From Promethearchaeota archaeon (GTDB taxonomy: Archaea; Asgardarchaeota; Lokiarchaeia; Sigyniarchaeales; SOKP01), in contig JAGXNO010000004.1 in the NCBI GenBank assembly GCA_019894975.1, positions 1 to 64,000 of the forward strand: a stretch of 64,000 nt of DNA, read 5' to 3'. The position numbers and the translations under genes are program-made. The notes under the pieces are model-generated. The model did no database searches and was not told the origin of the DNA. It worked only from the letters and a program-made list of their open reading frames with translations. Positions within the stretch are counted from its first letter, which is position 1. Every line of letters starts with the position of its first letter. Positions 20,214-30,309 of this stretch are shown here, in pieces.

Positions 20214-20972
20214 TTGATATTATTAGTCTGGGTTGTTGTAATATTTGTCTCAACTATTGTTATTAGTCAGTATATAAAAATGCAAAAGCGAGAGGATGTT
20301 GCTATAGCATTCTATGTTTTGTTTATGGCAATGTCTCAAATCTTAGCAACTAAAATAGGAGATTTTAGTATTGGAAGTTTAACGATAACAGCCCCAGTAG
20401 CAGTGCTTATATTTCCATTCACATTTCAGATAACTGATATAGTAAACGAAAATTTTGGTCAAAAAGCAACTCATAGAATGATTTTCATTGCGTTCATTAC
20501 TCAAATATTCATGACTATATTTATATGGTTCAGTATTGAAGTAACAAGTGCTCCTTTTTGGGGATTTGATTTTGGGAGTGACCCAGTTGAGGCTCAGAGA
20601 TTTTGGGCAAGCTTTCTTGGATCTACGTTAAGAATAACTGCTGCGTCTTGGATCGCATTTTTAATAACAGAAAACCTTGATGCTCTCCTATTTGCGAAAA
20701 TTAAAAAGTATACCAAAGGTAAGCATTTGTGGGTACGAAATGTATTCAGTGATATTCCTACTTTAGCATTAGACAGTATAATTTTCGTAACAATCGCATT
20801 TGGAGGTGTATTTCCGATTGTATCTGTTATTTGGGGCCAAATCTTAACGAAATGGTTCTTTGGGGTTGTAGATACACCGTTTATGTATTTGTCACGTGGA
20901 ATTACAAGTGGAAAAATTAAGTTAGATGAGCTATTTGCTAAAGTAAATTTGGCAAAAGCAAAGGAAAAATGA
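20214..20972 (+). CDS. yhhQ: Queuosine precursor transporter (YhhQ/Vut_1 family)
   Basis: FPFTFQITDIVNENFG, RITAASWIAFL, LWVRNVFS and DTPF motifs. Confidence 0.85.
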   Translation: MILLVWVVVIFVSTIVISQYIKMQKREDVAIAFYVLFMAMSQILATKIGDFSIGSLTITAPVAVLIFPFTFQITDIVNENFGQKATHRMIFIAFITQIFMTIFIWFSIEVTSAPFWGFDFGSDPVEAQRFWASFLGSTLRITAASWIAFLITENLDALLFAKIKKYTKGKHLWVRNVFSDIPTLALDSIIFVTIAFGGVFPIVSVIWGQILTKWFFGVVDTPFMYLSRGITSGKIKLDELFAKVNLAKAKEK

Positions 20973-21046
20973 AACCTTTCTCATTTTTATAATGGGGTTA
21001 TATTTCCTAATTAAAATAAAAATCATATCATTTAATCAAAATAAGG

Positions 21047-21919
21047 TTATGAAGGGAGAGTTGAAAACTCTTCTTTATCGAAACCCCATGACTTTAAGAT
21101 TAATTCTGCTTCTTGTATAATATTTTCAATCATATTTTTTAGAGGAACAATTTTACTTTGAAATCCTACTGATGGAGAAGGAACTCTAGTTCCTCCAAAT
21201 CTTCGATGATAAAGGCTTTGGTGATATTCTTCTGTAAATATATCGGTAGTAATTCTTTCTTCTTTTCTTTCTTTTGATACTGGACTTTCTTCTGTTATTA
21301 AGATTGCAGTTCCTAAGCATACAGCATCAGCACCCATAGCTAAAGCACCAAGAAAACCACGAGCATCTCCTAATCCTCCTGCAGCAATTATGGGAACTTT
21401 TAAAATCCTTTTTCCCATTGTTAAATTTATTAATGTTGTATGCTGAAATGGATTTTTATTTCCCGCTGATTCCATTCCCATTAAAGTTATTGCGTCTGCT
21501 CCTGCTTCTTGTGCAGAAATCGCATGCCGCATTAAAGGACACTTAGGAAACCACAAGCATCCTGCTTCATGGATTCTCTCTCCAATATATGGAGCCTGAT
21601 ATGCTGAGGTTGTAATTATATTAACTCCTGCATTAATAGCAACTTCTAAATATTTTAAATATACCTCTTTATCTCCATCGGCATTAACGGTTATATTAAC
21701 ACCAAAGGGATTTGATGTAAGTTCCTCCATTTTATCTAAATTCTTTTTAAAATCTTTAACATCATAACTCATTGCAGTTGTAATTCCTAAACCTCCTGCA
21801 TTTGAATATGCAGCGGCAAATTCAGTTCTACCATGTCGTGCAAAGGCGGCCATAATAAGTGGATATTTTATTTTGCACATTTTGGTAATTTTAGTAGTCC
21901 AAATCAATCTATTCAACAA
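21047..21919 (-). CDS. Nitronate monooxygenase/FabK-like FMN oxidoreductase
   Basis: SNAGGLG, PFGVN, PIIAAGGLGD and GADAVCLGT motifs. Confidence 0.85.
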   Translation of the reverse strand: MLNRLIWTTKITKMCKIKYPLIMAAFARHGRTEFAAAYSNAGGLGITTAMSYDVKDFKKNLDKMEELTSNPFGVNITVNADGDKEVYLKYLEVAINAGVNIITTSAYQAPYIGERIHEAGCLWFPKCPLMRHAISAQEAGADAITLMGMESAGNKNPFQHTTLINLTMGKRILKVPIIAAGGLGDARGFLGALAMGADAVCLGTAILITEESPVSKERKEERITTDIFTEEYHQSLYHRRFGGTRVPSPSVGFQSKIVPLKNMIENIIQEAELILKSWGFDKEEFSTLPS

Positions 21920-22015
21920 ATTTTGTAAATCTGAATAAGTAAACCTATAAAAAAAGCAAAAAAAAGTTTATGATTTTAAAATAGTAATGCTTTTTTAGCT
22001 CTATCATTGGAGAAT

Positions 22016-23347
22016 TTATAAATAAGTATCTAAAGTTTTTTGAGTTTTAATGAAATTAATTAGTTTACTACTCTTTTTCCAATATTTAAATTCAACCATG
22101 AAGTTTTCTGCCATTTTATTTATGGCTTCATTAAAATTGTCTAGTTTAATTGGATCAGTTGTAAACATAGCATTATTTACGGTTTCTCGAATTACCCACA
22201 CTCCAAGGGGGACGACATACCCTCCAGAAACTTCTCGAAATATTAAAACTCGTGCTTGTCTCTTAATTTTATAAAGATACTCACAAACAGACTTACGGGC
22301 AGCATAATAAGCTCCTGTAATATTACTTGCGTAATTTTTTCTCCCTCGATAAAATTCAAAATCAGTCATTATTTGAGGTTTTAAGTTTTGGTTGTTTCCA
22401 TATAAAGAAATGTTCCATAATGTATTTGGGGCCCACACTTCATTCATTTCATATATAAACTTACCTGGGAATAAGAGAATCTTAAAATGGTTATCAAGGT
22501 ATGTTGCTTCAAAAATCCGATAATCATCAATTTCGGGAAACTTTTTAATTTCTTTTATTAGCGCTTTTGATATGATATCATCCACAGCCGTTATTGTCCA
22601 ACGAGTTGGGACAATTCTACGTCGTTTTTCTTCACCAAGTAGTCCTGCTGAAAATATTCTTTTAATTGTAGATTCAGGGACATGCCCTTTAAAATAAAGA
22701 TGTTCTGAGACTGCCTCGGTTGCTGATAAATCTGTATCAGACACACAGTAATCAACTTGAGGATGCACCTTTGTGTTTTCTGTTATCGTAATTTTCTCAG
22801 TCATACCAGAGGGACCCATAGGTAATGCATGGTTATCCAACATCATATGCAAGTTCATTTTATCTAACTTTGTCTCTGTATCAACAGGCCTTGCCGCCAT
22901 TGATAATTCCTGTGATGTTTCCAATAATCTTTGGATTTTCAGTGATGGGGTGTTCTTTGGACTTTTTCGACCTATAAACACATTTGTTTTGAAGTTGCTC
23001 CTAACCAAACTGCTGCGATATCGTATAATATCGATCATCTTTTTCCCAAACCATAACTCTGGGGCATCGAGAATATGATAATCGGAGATTTGAAGACCTG
23101 TTTCAAACTCTTGAAATGGTATTAATGGGCCTAAATAAACATTTGGATAATTAAAATGTCCGACAAAGAATCCTGGAGGGCTAGCACCAAAAACTTCAAC
23201 ATTTCTCAGGGTTTTATCAATCTCAAATGGAACCATTGATTTTAAAACAGATTTCTTTAATAAAATTGGGCAGGTTTTTTTCCCACATAAAAGTCTTGCT
23301 CCTTTACAACGAAGGCAAATATTTTTCTCTGTTTGAGGTCGGACCAC
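22016..23347 (-). CDS. nreA: Archaeal DNA repair protein NreA
   Basis: CLRCKG..LCG...CP, VPTRWTITAVD, GAYYAAR, PLGVWVIRE and C-terminal PIP box QKTLDTYL. Confidence 0.92.
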   Translation of the reverse strand: MVRPQTEKNICLRCKGARLLCGKKTCPILLKKSVLKSMVPFEIDKTLRNVEVFGASPPGFFVGHFNYPNVYLGPLIPFQEFETGLQISDYHILDAPELWFGKKMIDIIRYRSSLVRSNFKTNVFIGRKSPKNTPSLKIQRLLETSQELSMAARPVDTETKLDKMNLHMMLDNHALPMGPSGMTEKITITENTKVHPQVDYCVSDTDLSATEAVSEHLYFKGHVPESTIKRIFSAGLLGEEKRRRIVPTRWTITAVDDIISKALIKEIKKFPEIDDYRIFEATYLDNHFKILLFPGKFIYEMNEVWAPNTLWNISLYGNNQNLKPQIMTDFEFYRGRKNYASNITGAYYAARKSVCEYLYKIKRQARVLIFREVSGGYVVPLGVWVIRETVNNAMFTTDPIKLDNFNEAINKMAENFMVEFKYWKKSSKLINFIKTQKTLDTYL

Positions 23348-23596
23348 TATTTTCTCTCAAAAATGAATATCTATTCTAAACAAAATTTAAATTTTCTACT
23401 ATAAAAAATGTAAAGGGGTTTAAATTTTTAATATTTATATTAAAGAACAAATATAACAGAATAATTTTTAAAAAAAGCCTTAAAAAAGGAGAACCTTGAT
23501 AATATTCCGAAGATGTTCGCTTTAAAACTTATATCCTATCAAATTTTAGACAACTTAGTTTATTAATAAGAAATTAAAAGTTAAGATGAAAATTAA

Positions 23597-23935
23597 ATGA
23601 AAATTATAGATGTTAAAAACATTCAAATTGCAGATACACCTCATAAGGTAGATGTTAAAAAATTATTTAATTTTGAACATGCAACATTTGTTCACATTGA
23701 ACTTAAACCAGGAGAAGCTCTTAAAAGGCACATAACTCCTGTAGATGTGAATTTTTATATTCTTGAAGGCAATGGTATAGTAGAGATTGGTAAAGAAAGA
23801 GAATTTGTTAAAGAAGATCAATTGATTTTTAGTCCAGCTAAAATCTCCCATACATTACTAAATGAATCTGATAAAAATTTTCGATTCCTAGTAATAAAAA
23901 CTCCAACTCCTACTTCAGAAACAAAACTCCTTTAG
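23597..23935 (+). CDS. Cupin domain protein
   Basis: LKPGE...H.TP...FYILEG.G and P...SH motifs. Confidence 0.85.
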   Translation: MKIIDVKNIQIADTPHKVDVKKLFNFEHATFVHIELKPGEALKRHITPVDVNFYILEGNGIVEIGKEREFVKEDQLIFSPAKISHTLLNESDKNFRFLVIKTPTPTSETKLL

Positions 23936-23961
23936 AAATTAAAATTCTTAAAAGTCAGATC

Positions 23962-25050
23962 TTAATTATCTGTTAATTTAAATTGCTTTCTTATAAATTG
24001 AGCGATCTGGTTTATTGATTGTTGCACTTCAGGGATAGCCAAATCCCCACCTTGATGAACATGGGGCATTTCTGGATAAATATTGAAGATGACATCCACA
24101 CCTGCTTTACTCGCTTTTTCAGCTAGTTGAGTATCTTCATCAAGAAAGACTTCCCAATCTCCTACTTCTACATACAATGGAGGCAGTCCCGCTAAATCAG
24201 CATATAAAGGTGAAACATAAGGATCAAATGGATCAGTTCCATTTAAATACATTTCAGCACTTAAAGAGAGCCCTTCCTTAGTAAGGACTGAATCTTTGTC
24301 TTTTCTCGAATCATAAGTACTTCCCTTAAATGCTAAATCAACCCAAGGAGATAATAAGACTGCTGCTTTTGGTAAAGGGATTTTAAGTTCCCTCAATTTA
24401 AGGATGGTAGCCATTGTTAAACCTCCTCCCGCTGATTCCCCCCAAATAATTACATTTTCTGTTTTATAACCTTTGGAAAGGAGCCACTTATAAGCATTAA
24501 CAGCATCATTCAAACCTATTGGAAATGGTCTTTTTGGGGCTAATCCATAATTTAACATTAAAACGGGGATGTTTGAAGCATTAGCAACTCGATACGGAAT
24601 AATTAAATTTCCGGGAAATCTTATACTCCCTCCAATATATGCACCCCCATGCAAATGAAGAAGTACATGGTCATTGTTAGTCTTTGCTTCAGGTACAACA
24701 ATCCATCTAGCAGGTACCTTATCAATATAAATAATCTCAGTATGAACATTATCAGGAAGTGGAAGAGGTGTTGTGTCTATTATGAATAAATTAACTCTCC
24801 TCATGAATTCAGGATCCTGTTTGAAAAATGCTTCATATGGACCAATTCCAAGTTCATTCTTAATATTCTCTTTACCGATTTTGCTAATATAACCTTCAAC
24901 GGCTTCAATCATTCCTATCTGGCCTTTTATAAAGCTTTTTCTTACATCTGAACGAATATTTCTCCTTTCCAGATTTTTTTCAAGCTGATGGAAATACTTT
25001 TGCATTATTGGAGTAAAATTTTCTATTTCAGGAAAATCCAACGTGTTCAC
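23962..25050 (-). CDS. Alpha/beta hydrolase (HSL-family esterase/lipase)
   Basis: HGGAY, GESAGG, LLSPW and MPHV motifs. Confidence 0.9.
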   Translation of the reverse strand: MNTLDFPEIENFTPIMQKYFHQLEKNLERRNIRSDVRKSFIKGQIGMIEAVEGYISKIGKENIKNELGIGPYEAFFKQDPEFMRRVNLFIIDTTPLPLPDNVHTEIIYIDKVPARWIVVPEAKTNNDHVLLHLHGGAYIGGSIRFPGNLIIPYRVANASNIPVLMLNYGLAPKRPFPIGLNDAVNAYKWLLSKGYKTENVIIWGESAGGGLTMATILKLRELKIPLPKAAVLLSPWVDLAFKGSTYDSRKDKDSVLTKEGLSLSAEMYLNGTDPFDPYVSPLYADLAGLPPLYVEVGDWEVFLDEDTQLAEKASKAGVDVIFNIYPEMPHVHQGGDLAIPEVQQSINQIAQFIRKQFKLTDN

Positions 25051-25224
25051 TCATTTGTTTTATACTATATAGTATTGTAGTAAATAAAAAATAATTTCTT
25101 AAAATACTATAAATGAAAATACTATAATATGAAAGCTCTTTCTAGCAAAATATCAGTAATAATTTATTGGAGAATTATATTTAAAGAATGTAAATTCTAT
25201 TAAATATAGTAAAAAATTTCGAAG

Positions 25225-26424
25225 ATGAATATGAGTTTTAAAATAAAAAACAATGTATATTGGGTGGGTAAGATTGACTGGGAAATTAGAAAATTCCATG
25301 GAAATGAATATTCCACACATCGTGGTACTACATACAACTCCTATCTTATTAAAGAACAGAGGGTTGCTTTAATTGACACCGTATGGAAGCCTTTTTCCAA
25401 AGAGTTCGTTAAAAATCTAGCTAAAGAAATAGATTTAGATAAAATTGACTATATCATTACAAATCATGCAGAAATTGATCATAGTGGTGCTCTTCCCGAA
25501 CTCATGGAAAGAATACCAGATAAACCAATTTATTGTACAGCAAATGGCGTAAAATCAATAAAGGGACATTATCATAAAGACTGGAATTTTCAAGTCGTAA
25601 AAACAGGAGATACTTTAGATCTAGGAAATGATAAACAATTAATCTTTGTTGAAATGAGAATGCTCCATTGGCCAGATAGTATGGCATGTTACTTAACTAA
25701 AGACAATATATTATTCAGCAATGACGCTTTTGGTCAACATTACGCAACTGAATTTATGTATAACGATCTTGTTGATCAAAATGAACTGTTTGTAGAGTGC
25801 ATGAAATACTACGCAAATATTCTCACACCTTTCAGTGTACTTGTCGATAAAAAAATAAAGGAAGTTTTAGATCTCCAGATCCCGATTGATATCATTGGAA
25901 CAAGTCATGGCGTTATTTGGAGAGATAACCCCACTCAAATTGTAGAAAAATATTTAGCTTGGGCAAATGCGTATCAAGAAAATCAAATTACCATACTATA
26001 TGATACGATGTGGGACGGAACAAAAAGAATGGCTGAGACAATTTCGAAAGGAATCCTTGAAATTGATAAGAAAGTTAACCTTAAACTGTTTAATATAGCA
26101 AAAACCGATAAAAACGATATAATTACAGAAATCTTCAAGTCGAGAATTATTCTTGTAGGGTCACCCACAATCGGTGGAGGAATTCTATCTTCTGTTGCTG
26201 AAATTTTTGAAATGATTAAGGGGTTAAGATTTAGAAATAAAAAAGCAGCGGCATTCGGTTGTTACGGGTGGAGTGGAGAATCTATACAGGTATTAAATGA
26301 ATTACTGAAGAAAAGTGGATTTTCTGTTATTAATGAAGGTATACGGGCTTTATGGAATCCTGATGATGAAAGCATAGAAAAATGCTTAGAATTTGGGAGA
26401 GAAATTGCTAAAACAACGAATTAA
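25225..26424 (+). CDS. fprA: Flavodiiron protein (FprA, NO/O2 reductase)
   Basis: GTTYNSY, NHAEIDHSG, HWPDSM, NDAFGQH and SHG motifs plus a flavodoxin domain. Confidence 0.93.
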   Translation: MNMSFKIKNNVYWVGKIDWEIRKFHGNEYSTHRGTTYNSYLIKEQRVALIDTVWKPFSKEFVKNLAKEIDLDKIDYIITNHAEIDHSGALPELMERIPDKPIYCTANGVKSIKGHYHKDWNFQVVKTGDTLDLGNDKQLIFVEMRMLHWPDSMACYLTKDNILFSNDAFGQHYATEFMYNDLVDQNELFVECMKYYANILTPFSVLVDKKIKEVLDLQIPIDIIGTSHGVIWRDNPTQIVEKYLAWANAYQENQITILYDTMWDGTKRMAETISKGILEIDKKVNLKLFNIAKTDKNDIITEIFKSRIILVGSPTIGGGILSSVAEIFEMIKGLRFRNKKAAAFGCYGWSGESIQVLNELLKKSGFSVINEGIRALWNPDDESIEKCLEFGREIAKTTN

Positions 26425-26458
26425 AGAATTGAATTTTAATTTAAATTTTTAACTAAAA

Positions 26459-27046
26459 TCATAGGAATTTATCATAATCTAAATTATGAGAATGTATGAT
26501 TTTCTTTGTCATTTCTTTAAAACTATAGAGGATATTTTGATTTTCTTTTGAGGAAGTTTTTACAAATTCTTTTTCATTATGGTTCTGTAGAAATTGTTCA
26601 ATAATATACTTATCCACTTTGAATTTTTTATTATCCCCTTGAACTAGATCATGTTTAGTGCCTACTAGAATTTTCGGATGATCCTGAAGATTATAGTCTT
26701 TTAAATTATCATACCACCATTCTAATTTAGTAAGAGATTCCATATTTAATAAATCGAAGACAAGAAATATACCGTTCGCTCCACTGATATAATAACCAAA
26801 TAGTGTTTTAAATTGCTCTTGCCCCCCAAAATCCCATATTGAAAGACGAACAAATGTTTCCTCTTCTCTAACGATAAGAGGAATATCGTGAGTGTAAAAA
26901 TCTATACCAACAGTCAATTGCGTTGTTGTGCTAAAAGTATTTAAACACAATCTTCGTGCCATGCAAGTCTTTCCTACACCACCACTACCAACCAAGCAGA
27001 TTTTAAAGATATAACGAGGGGTTCTTTCTTCTATCATTTTCCTCAA
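26459..27046 (-). CDS. Rab-like small GTPase
   Basis: GSGGVGKT, TVGIDF, WDFGGQ, TKHD and TSSK motifs; no C-terminal Cys. Confidence 0.92.
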   Translation of the reverse strand: MRKMIEERTPRYIFKICLVGSGGVGKTCMARRLCLNTFSTTTQLTVGIDFYTHDIPLIVREEETFVRLSIWDFGGQEQFKTLFGYYISGANGIFLVFDLLNMESLTKLEWWYDNLKDYNLQDHPKILVGTKHDLVQGDNKKFKVDKYIIEQFLQNHNEKEFVKTSSKENQNILYSFKEMTKKIIHSHNLDYDKFL

Positions 27047-27228
27047 AAAGTCCTAGCTGCATTGAAAAAATAATTTTTAAGAATTATTTTTTAAATCTTT
27101 AACTCACTAGTGTTAAAACCATTATATATATCTTTTATATATACATCATAATCAAAAACTTCCCATTAAAGACATATGGATAATGACTTGATCTTAAAAG
27201 ATTTCATTAAGATTCGGATGTAATTTTT

Positions 27229-27759
27229 CTAGCTTTTCAAATTTTTAAATAGATTTAGAGAATAGTTCACAATTTCCTTTGCAACTTTTAAATTTTTCCA
27301 ATCTTTAAACTTAACCCATTTAAGCGGTTCTAATCGCTTATAGGTTTCATAGAATTCCTGAATTTCCCTCAATCTATGGTTGTGTACGTCTTGAATATCA
27401 TTATAACCACTAAACCTTGCATCGTTAACTAAAACAGAGAGAATTTTGGGGTCGTCTCCATGCTCGTCTTCAAGGATTAATACCCCGATCACCCGAACTT
27501 TAACAATACACCCAACTTCCAATGGCTCATAACTTAATACCATAATATCAAGAGGATCCTTATCATCCGACCATGTTTGAGGCACAAATCCATATTCTAC
27601 GGGGAATACAACAGAAGAAGGGATTATCCGGTCTAAAACAAAAGCTTCCCATTCAGGTTTATACTCATATTTATCTCTCGATCCACTAATAACTTCAATA
27701 ACCGCATTTAATATAAGTGGGGGGTTATCTCCAGGAGGTATATCATTCCAAAGATTCAT
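27229..27759 (-). CDS. ppa: Family I inorganic pyrophosphatase
   Basis: KYE, LDR, YGFVPQT, DDKDPLD and YKRLE motifs. Confidence 0.95.
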   Translation of the reverse strand: MNLWNDIPPGDNPPLILNAVIEVISGSRDKYEYKPEWEAFVLDRIIPSSVVFPVEYGFVPQTWSDDKDPLDIMVLSYEPLEVGCIVKVRVIGVLILEDEHGDDPKILSVLVNDARFSGYNDIQDVHNHRLREIQEFYETYKRLEPLKWVKFKDWKNLKVAKEIVNYSLNLFKNLKS

Positions 27760-27800
27760 AGTTATCTTAATTAAACCTAGCTTAAGAATAATTTATATTA

Positions 27801-28391
27801 TTATAGTTTTCTGCACAATAATTCTCCTTTCCCTATTGGCACTACAAGAGCATCTAAACGTTGATCGGAAAGGGCTTTATCTATCATAGGCTTCAAAGTT
27901 TCATAATGGTTAATTGCATTGTCAGCGATCAATAATCCTCCTTTAACCATATTTGGGATTACTAAATCATAACATTCTTCATAAACCTCTTTTTCTGCGT
28001 CTAAAAAACAAAATGAGATATTTTTTATATCTATTAAGTAATCCCTTGCATCACCTTCAATTAACTCAACATAACCTTCCATATTTGTTTGTCTAAAAGT
28101 TATCTTTGCCTTGTTGATTTTTTCTTGTAAGATTTCGAATGTTGTTACTTTACTTCCAATTAGTTTACAAGTAAGAGCAATCCATAGAGTAGAGTAACCC
28201 GCACTTGTCCCAATTTCAATAAATTCACCTTTAGGAGCAGAAGCCGCTAATATTGAAATAAATTTACCAGTTTCTGGGGGTATTTGACGTAATCTTTTTA
28301 ATCTTGGTGTTCCATCAATCCTGTCTTTTGAATCCATATCTTCTAGATCTTCCATTCTCTGTTTTACATTTTCAGGTATATTATGAAACAT
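27801..28391 (-). CDS. SAM-dependent O-methyltransferase (CCoAOMT/YrrM-like)
   Basis: [15 protein letters not shown] and ADN motifs. Confidence 0.9.
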   Translation of the reverse strand: MFHNIPENVKQRMEDLEDMDSKDRIDGTPRLKRLRQIPPETGKFISILAASAPKGEFIEIGTSAGYSTLWIALTCKLIGSKVTTFEILQEKINKAKITFRQTNMEGYVELIEGDARDYLIDIKNISFCFLDAEKEVYEECYDLVIPNMVKGGLLIADNAINHYETLKPMIDKALSDQRLDALVVPIGKGELLCRKL

Positions 28392-28438
28392 TTTATATTT
28401 TCTCTTTCCCCATTTTTCTTTTTTTTAATTATGAATGT

Positions 28439-28588
28439 TTACGGAAAAACCTTCCATATGACCCCATCGGGTCGCTTACTCCCTTCTCGAAAGATACTTC
28501 TAAATGACTCACTTCTTTCTTTCTTAAAGACATTTTCAAACATAGTTTTTAGATTCTCTTGTTTTCTCTCGTCTTTCTTTTCACTCAT
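28439..28588 (-). CDS. Small hypothetical protein of 49 aa, absent from the ORF track
   Basis: Translated by hand: MSEKKDERKQENLKTMFENVFKKERSESFRSIFREGSKRPDGVIWKVFP; co-oriented with its neighbours; alternative ATG at 28606. Confidence 0.5.
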   Translation of the reverse strand: MSEKKDERKQENLKTMFENVFKKERSESFRSIFREGSKRPDGVIWKVFP

Positions 28589-28608
28589 CACTAACTCAAC
28601 TATCATAT

Positions 28609-29367
28609 TTATGGAATCAGACTTTTATTGAATTCTGGTAGGTCGTCTGGTGGCCATCCTCTGGAAGTTTTATAGTTTTTTACATATCTATGGTCACACA
28701 TAGGAGCACCAAATCCCAAGCTTTGAGTACGAGAAAATCCAAATCCTAAAATATTTGCTTCAGAAAAGTCAGCTAAACAAAAAAACGGAACAAATCTTTC
28801 ATCATCTAATCTTTTTAAGACTTTATAAAATCCACATTCATGAAAATTAAAACCCCACTCAAAAGTTTTCCCGTCACCTTCGATATAATCCGAAACCCAA
28901 TCATCTGGATAGTTCTTTAAATTAGAAATTTCACATTGTTTTTTTGCCCAGTCCATATAGGACGATTCAAAGGGATACTGAGCGGGATCTTTACCAATTT
29001 TCTCCAATCGTCTTTTTCTGATTGTATTATTTATATCTCGGAATTCATAATAAAATTCTCCAATATCTCGAAGAGAAAATCCTTCCTTTTCTAAGACCCG
29101 AAACATTGCGAGACTAGACATTCCCCCAACAAGTAATGTGTTAAAGGGGTTTTTAGTTCCACCAATATAAGGTATTTCGGGAATTAATTTCTCATACTCT
29201 ACTTTCATTTCATCGAATAATTCATTGATTTTATCATTAGGAAACTTTTTTTTAAGGACATCACTCGCAACCTCTATGTGTTTAGTAAAATCTTTCATCA
29301 ATTTTGGTTTTCTTTTGATATAATAATCTTTTACTATTTTAACAGCCATTTTTACATGCTTCACCAA
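28609..29367 (-). CDS. L-2-amino-thiazoline-4-carboxylate (ATC) hydrolase-family protein
   Basis: ECG, FCLAD and RTQSLGFGAPMCDHR Cys pattern; IPYIGG motif. Confidence 0.8.
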   Translation of the reverse strand: MVKHVKMAVKIVKDYYIKRKPKLMKDFTKHIEVASDVLKKKFPNDKINELFDEMKVEYEKLIPEIPYIGGTKNPFNTLLVGGMSSLAMFRVLEKEGFSLRDIGEFYYEFRDINNTIRKRRLEKIGKDPAQYPFESSYMDWAKKQCEISNLKNYPDDWVSDYIEGDGKTFEWGFNFHECGFYKVLKRLDDERFVPFFCLADFSEANILGFGFSRTQSLGFGAPMCDHRYVKNYKTSRGWPPDDLPEFNKSLIP

Positions 29368-29635
29368 TTTTATATTAATTTATGGATTAAGATTAGATCA
29401 AAATTATGATTCTTTCCTTTTTAAAATTGACTATTCTGTCTCGGAAGGTTAGTTATTCAAATGTTTTATGTAAACTTTAAAAAAGAGAATATGGAAGCAC
29501 ATGTCCATGATTTTATTCTATACAACCAGAATTCACAATGAATTTATAGTTTTCTTTAGTCTTATTCAAATCATTTCCAGAACAGGCTAATTGACAAAAA
29601 CCAAAAGTAAGTCTAAAATCTTCTGCAGTTTTATC

Positions 29636-29742
29636 ATTTTCGTGGATTTAAAAATTTTCGTGGACAAAAAACAAAAAAAGTAACCTTGGTTATACATAAG
29701 AATTACATAATCCTTTTTTTTTCTTACATAAGTTTTACATAA
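29636..29742. repeat. Short direct-repeat cluster in a 656 bp intergenic region
   Basis: ATTTTCGTGGA at 29636 and 29654; TACATAA at 29693, 29704, 29725 and 29736. Confidence 0.6.
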
Positions 29743-30023
29743 ATCAGAAATTATGCTTAACTTTCGATTATCTAAAAATCAGGCTTTAAATCTTTAAGGT
29801 CAATTCTTCTTTATTTAAAATTGACTTTTAATAATGGCTTTATTGTCAGGAGGTTAAATTAACAAAAATACCAATAAATTTCTTTCCTAACTTCCTTAAA
29901 GCCACTTTCGCAAAGTCACCCCCCTCATCCTTTTTAAAAGACTTAAAATATTAAATAATACTTCAATGTGAAGATTCCCAACATAAAATTTAATAAAAAT
30001 CATACAAGAAATCAGTGTAAATT

Positions 30024-30296
30024 ATGGGAGATATTAAAGAAACAGCAGATGTGGTAAAGGATTCACTAAAGGGAGTATCTAATAAGAAAAAATTTAGAAA
30101 ATTAATTGATAATATGATTTTCGCTATAGAGACTAGAACTGTGAGTAAATATTTTCTTTACAAATTTAGGATTCTGGAAGAATTAGCTCCACTTATTGAT
30201 TTAAAACGAAAAAAAGATCAAGAATATCTAGGGAAGTATAAAAAAGTAAAAAAATATTACAAAACTCATTATAAGGAAATTGCTCAAGCACTTTAG
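30024..30296 (+). CDS. Small basic hypothetical protein
   Basis: 90 aa Lys-rich ATG ORF converging on the vWA gene. Confidence 0.65.
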   Translation: MGDIKETADVVKDSLKGVSNKKKFRKLIDNMIFAIETRTVSKYFLYKFRILEELAPLIDLKRKKDQEYLGKYKKVKKYYKTHYKEIAQAL

Positions 30297-30309
30297 GCTA
30301 GATTATCTA

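Noticed and set aside
28304-28631. Plus-strand ORFs 28304-28507 and 28383-28631
   Set aside because: They overlap genuine minus-strand genes; the minus-strand 49 aa ORF fits the gap better
29368-30023. Canonical ORB-type replication origin
   Set aside because: No clear TTCCAGTGGAAAC/G-string ORB, no adjacent cdc6/orc1 and no switch in gene orientation; kept only as an unexplained repeat cluster
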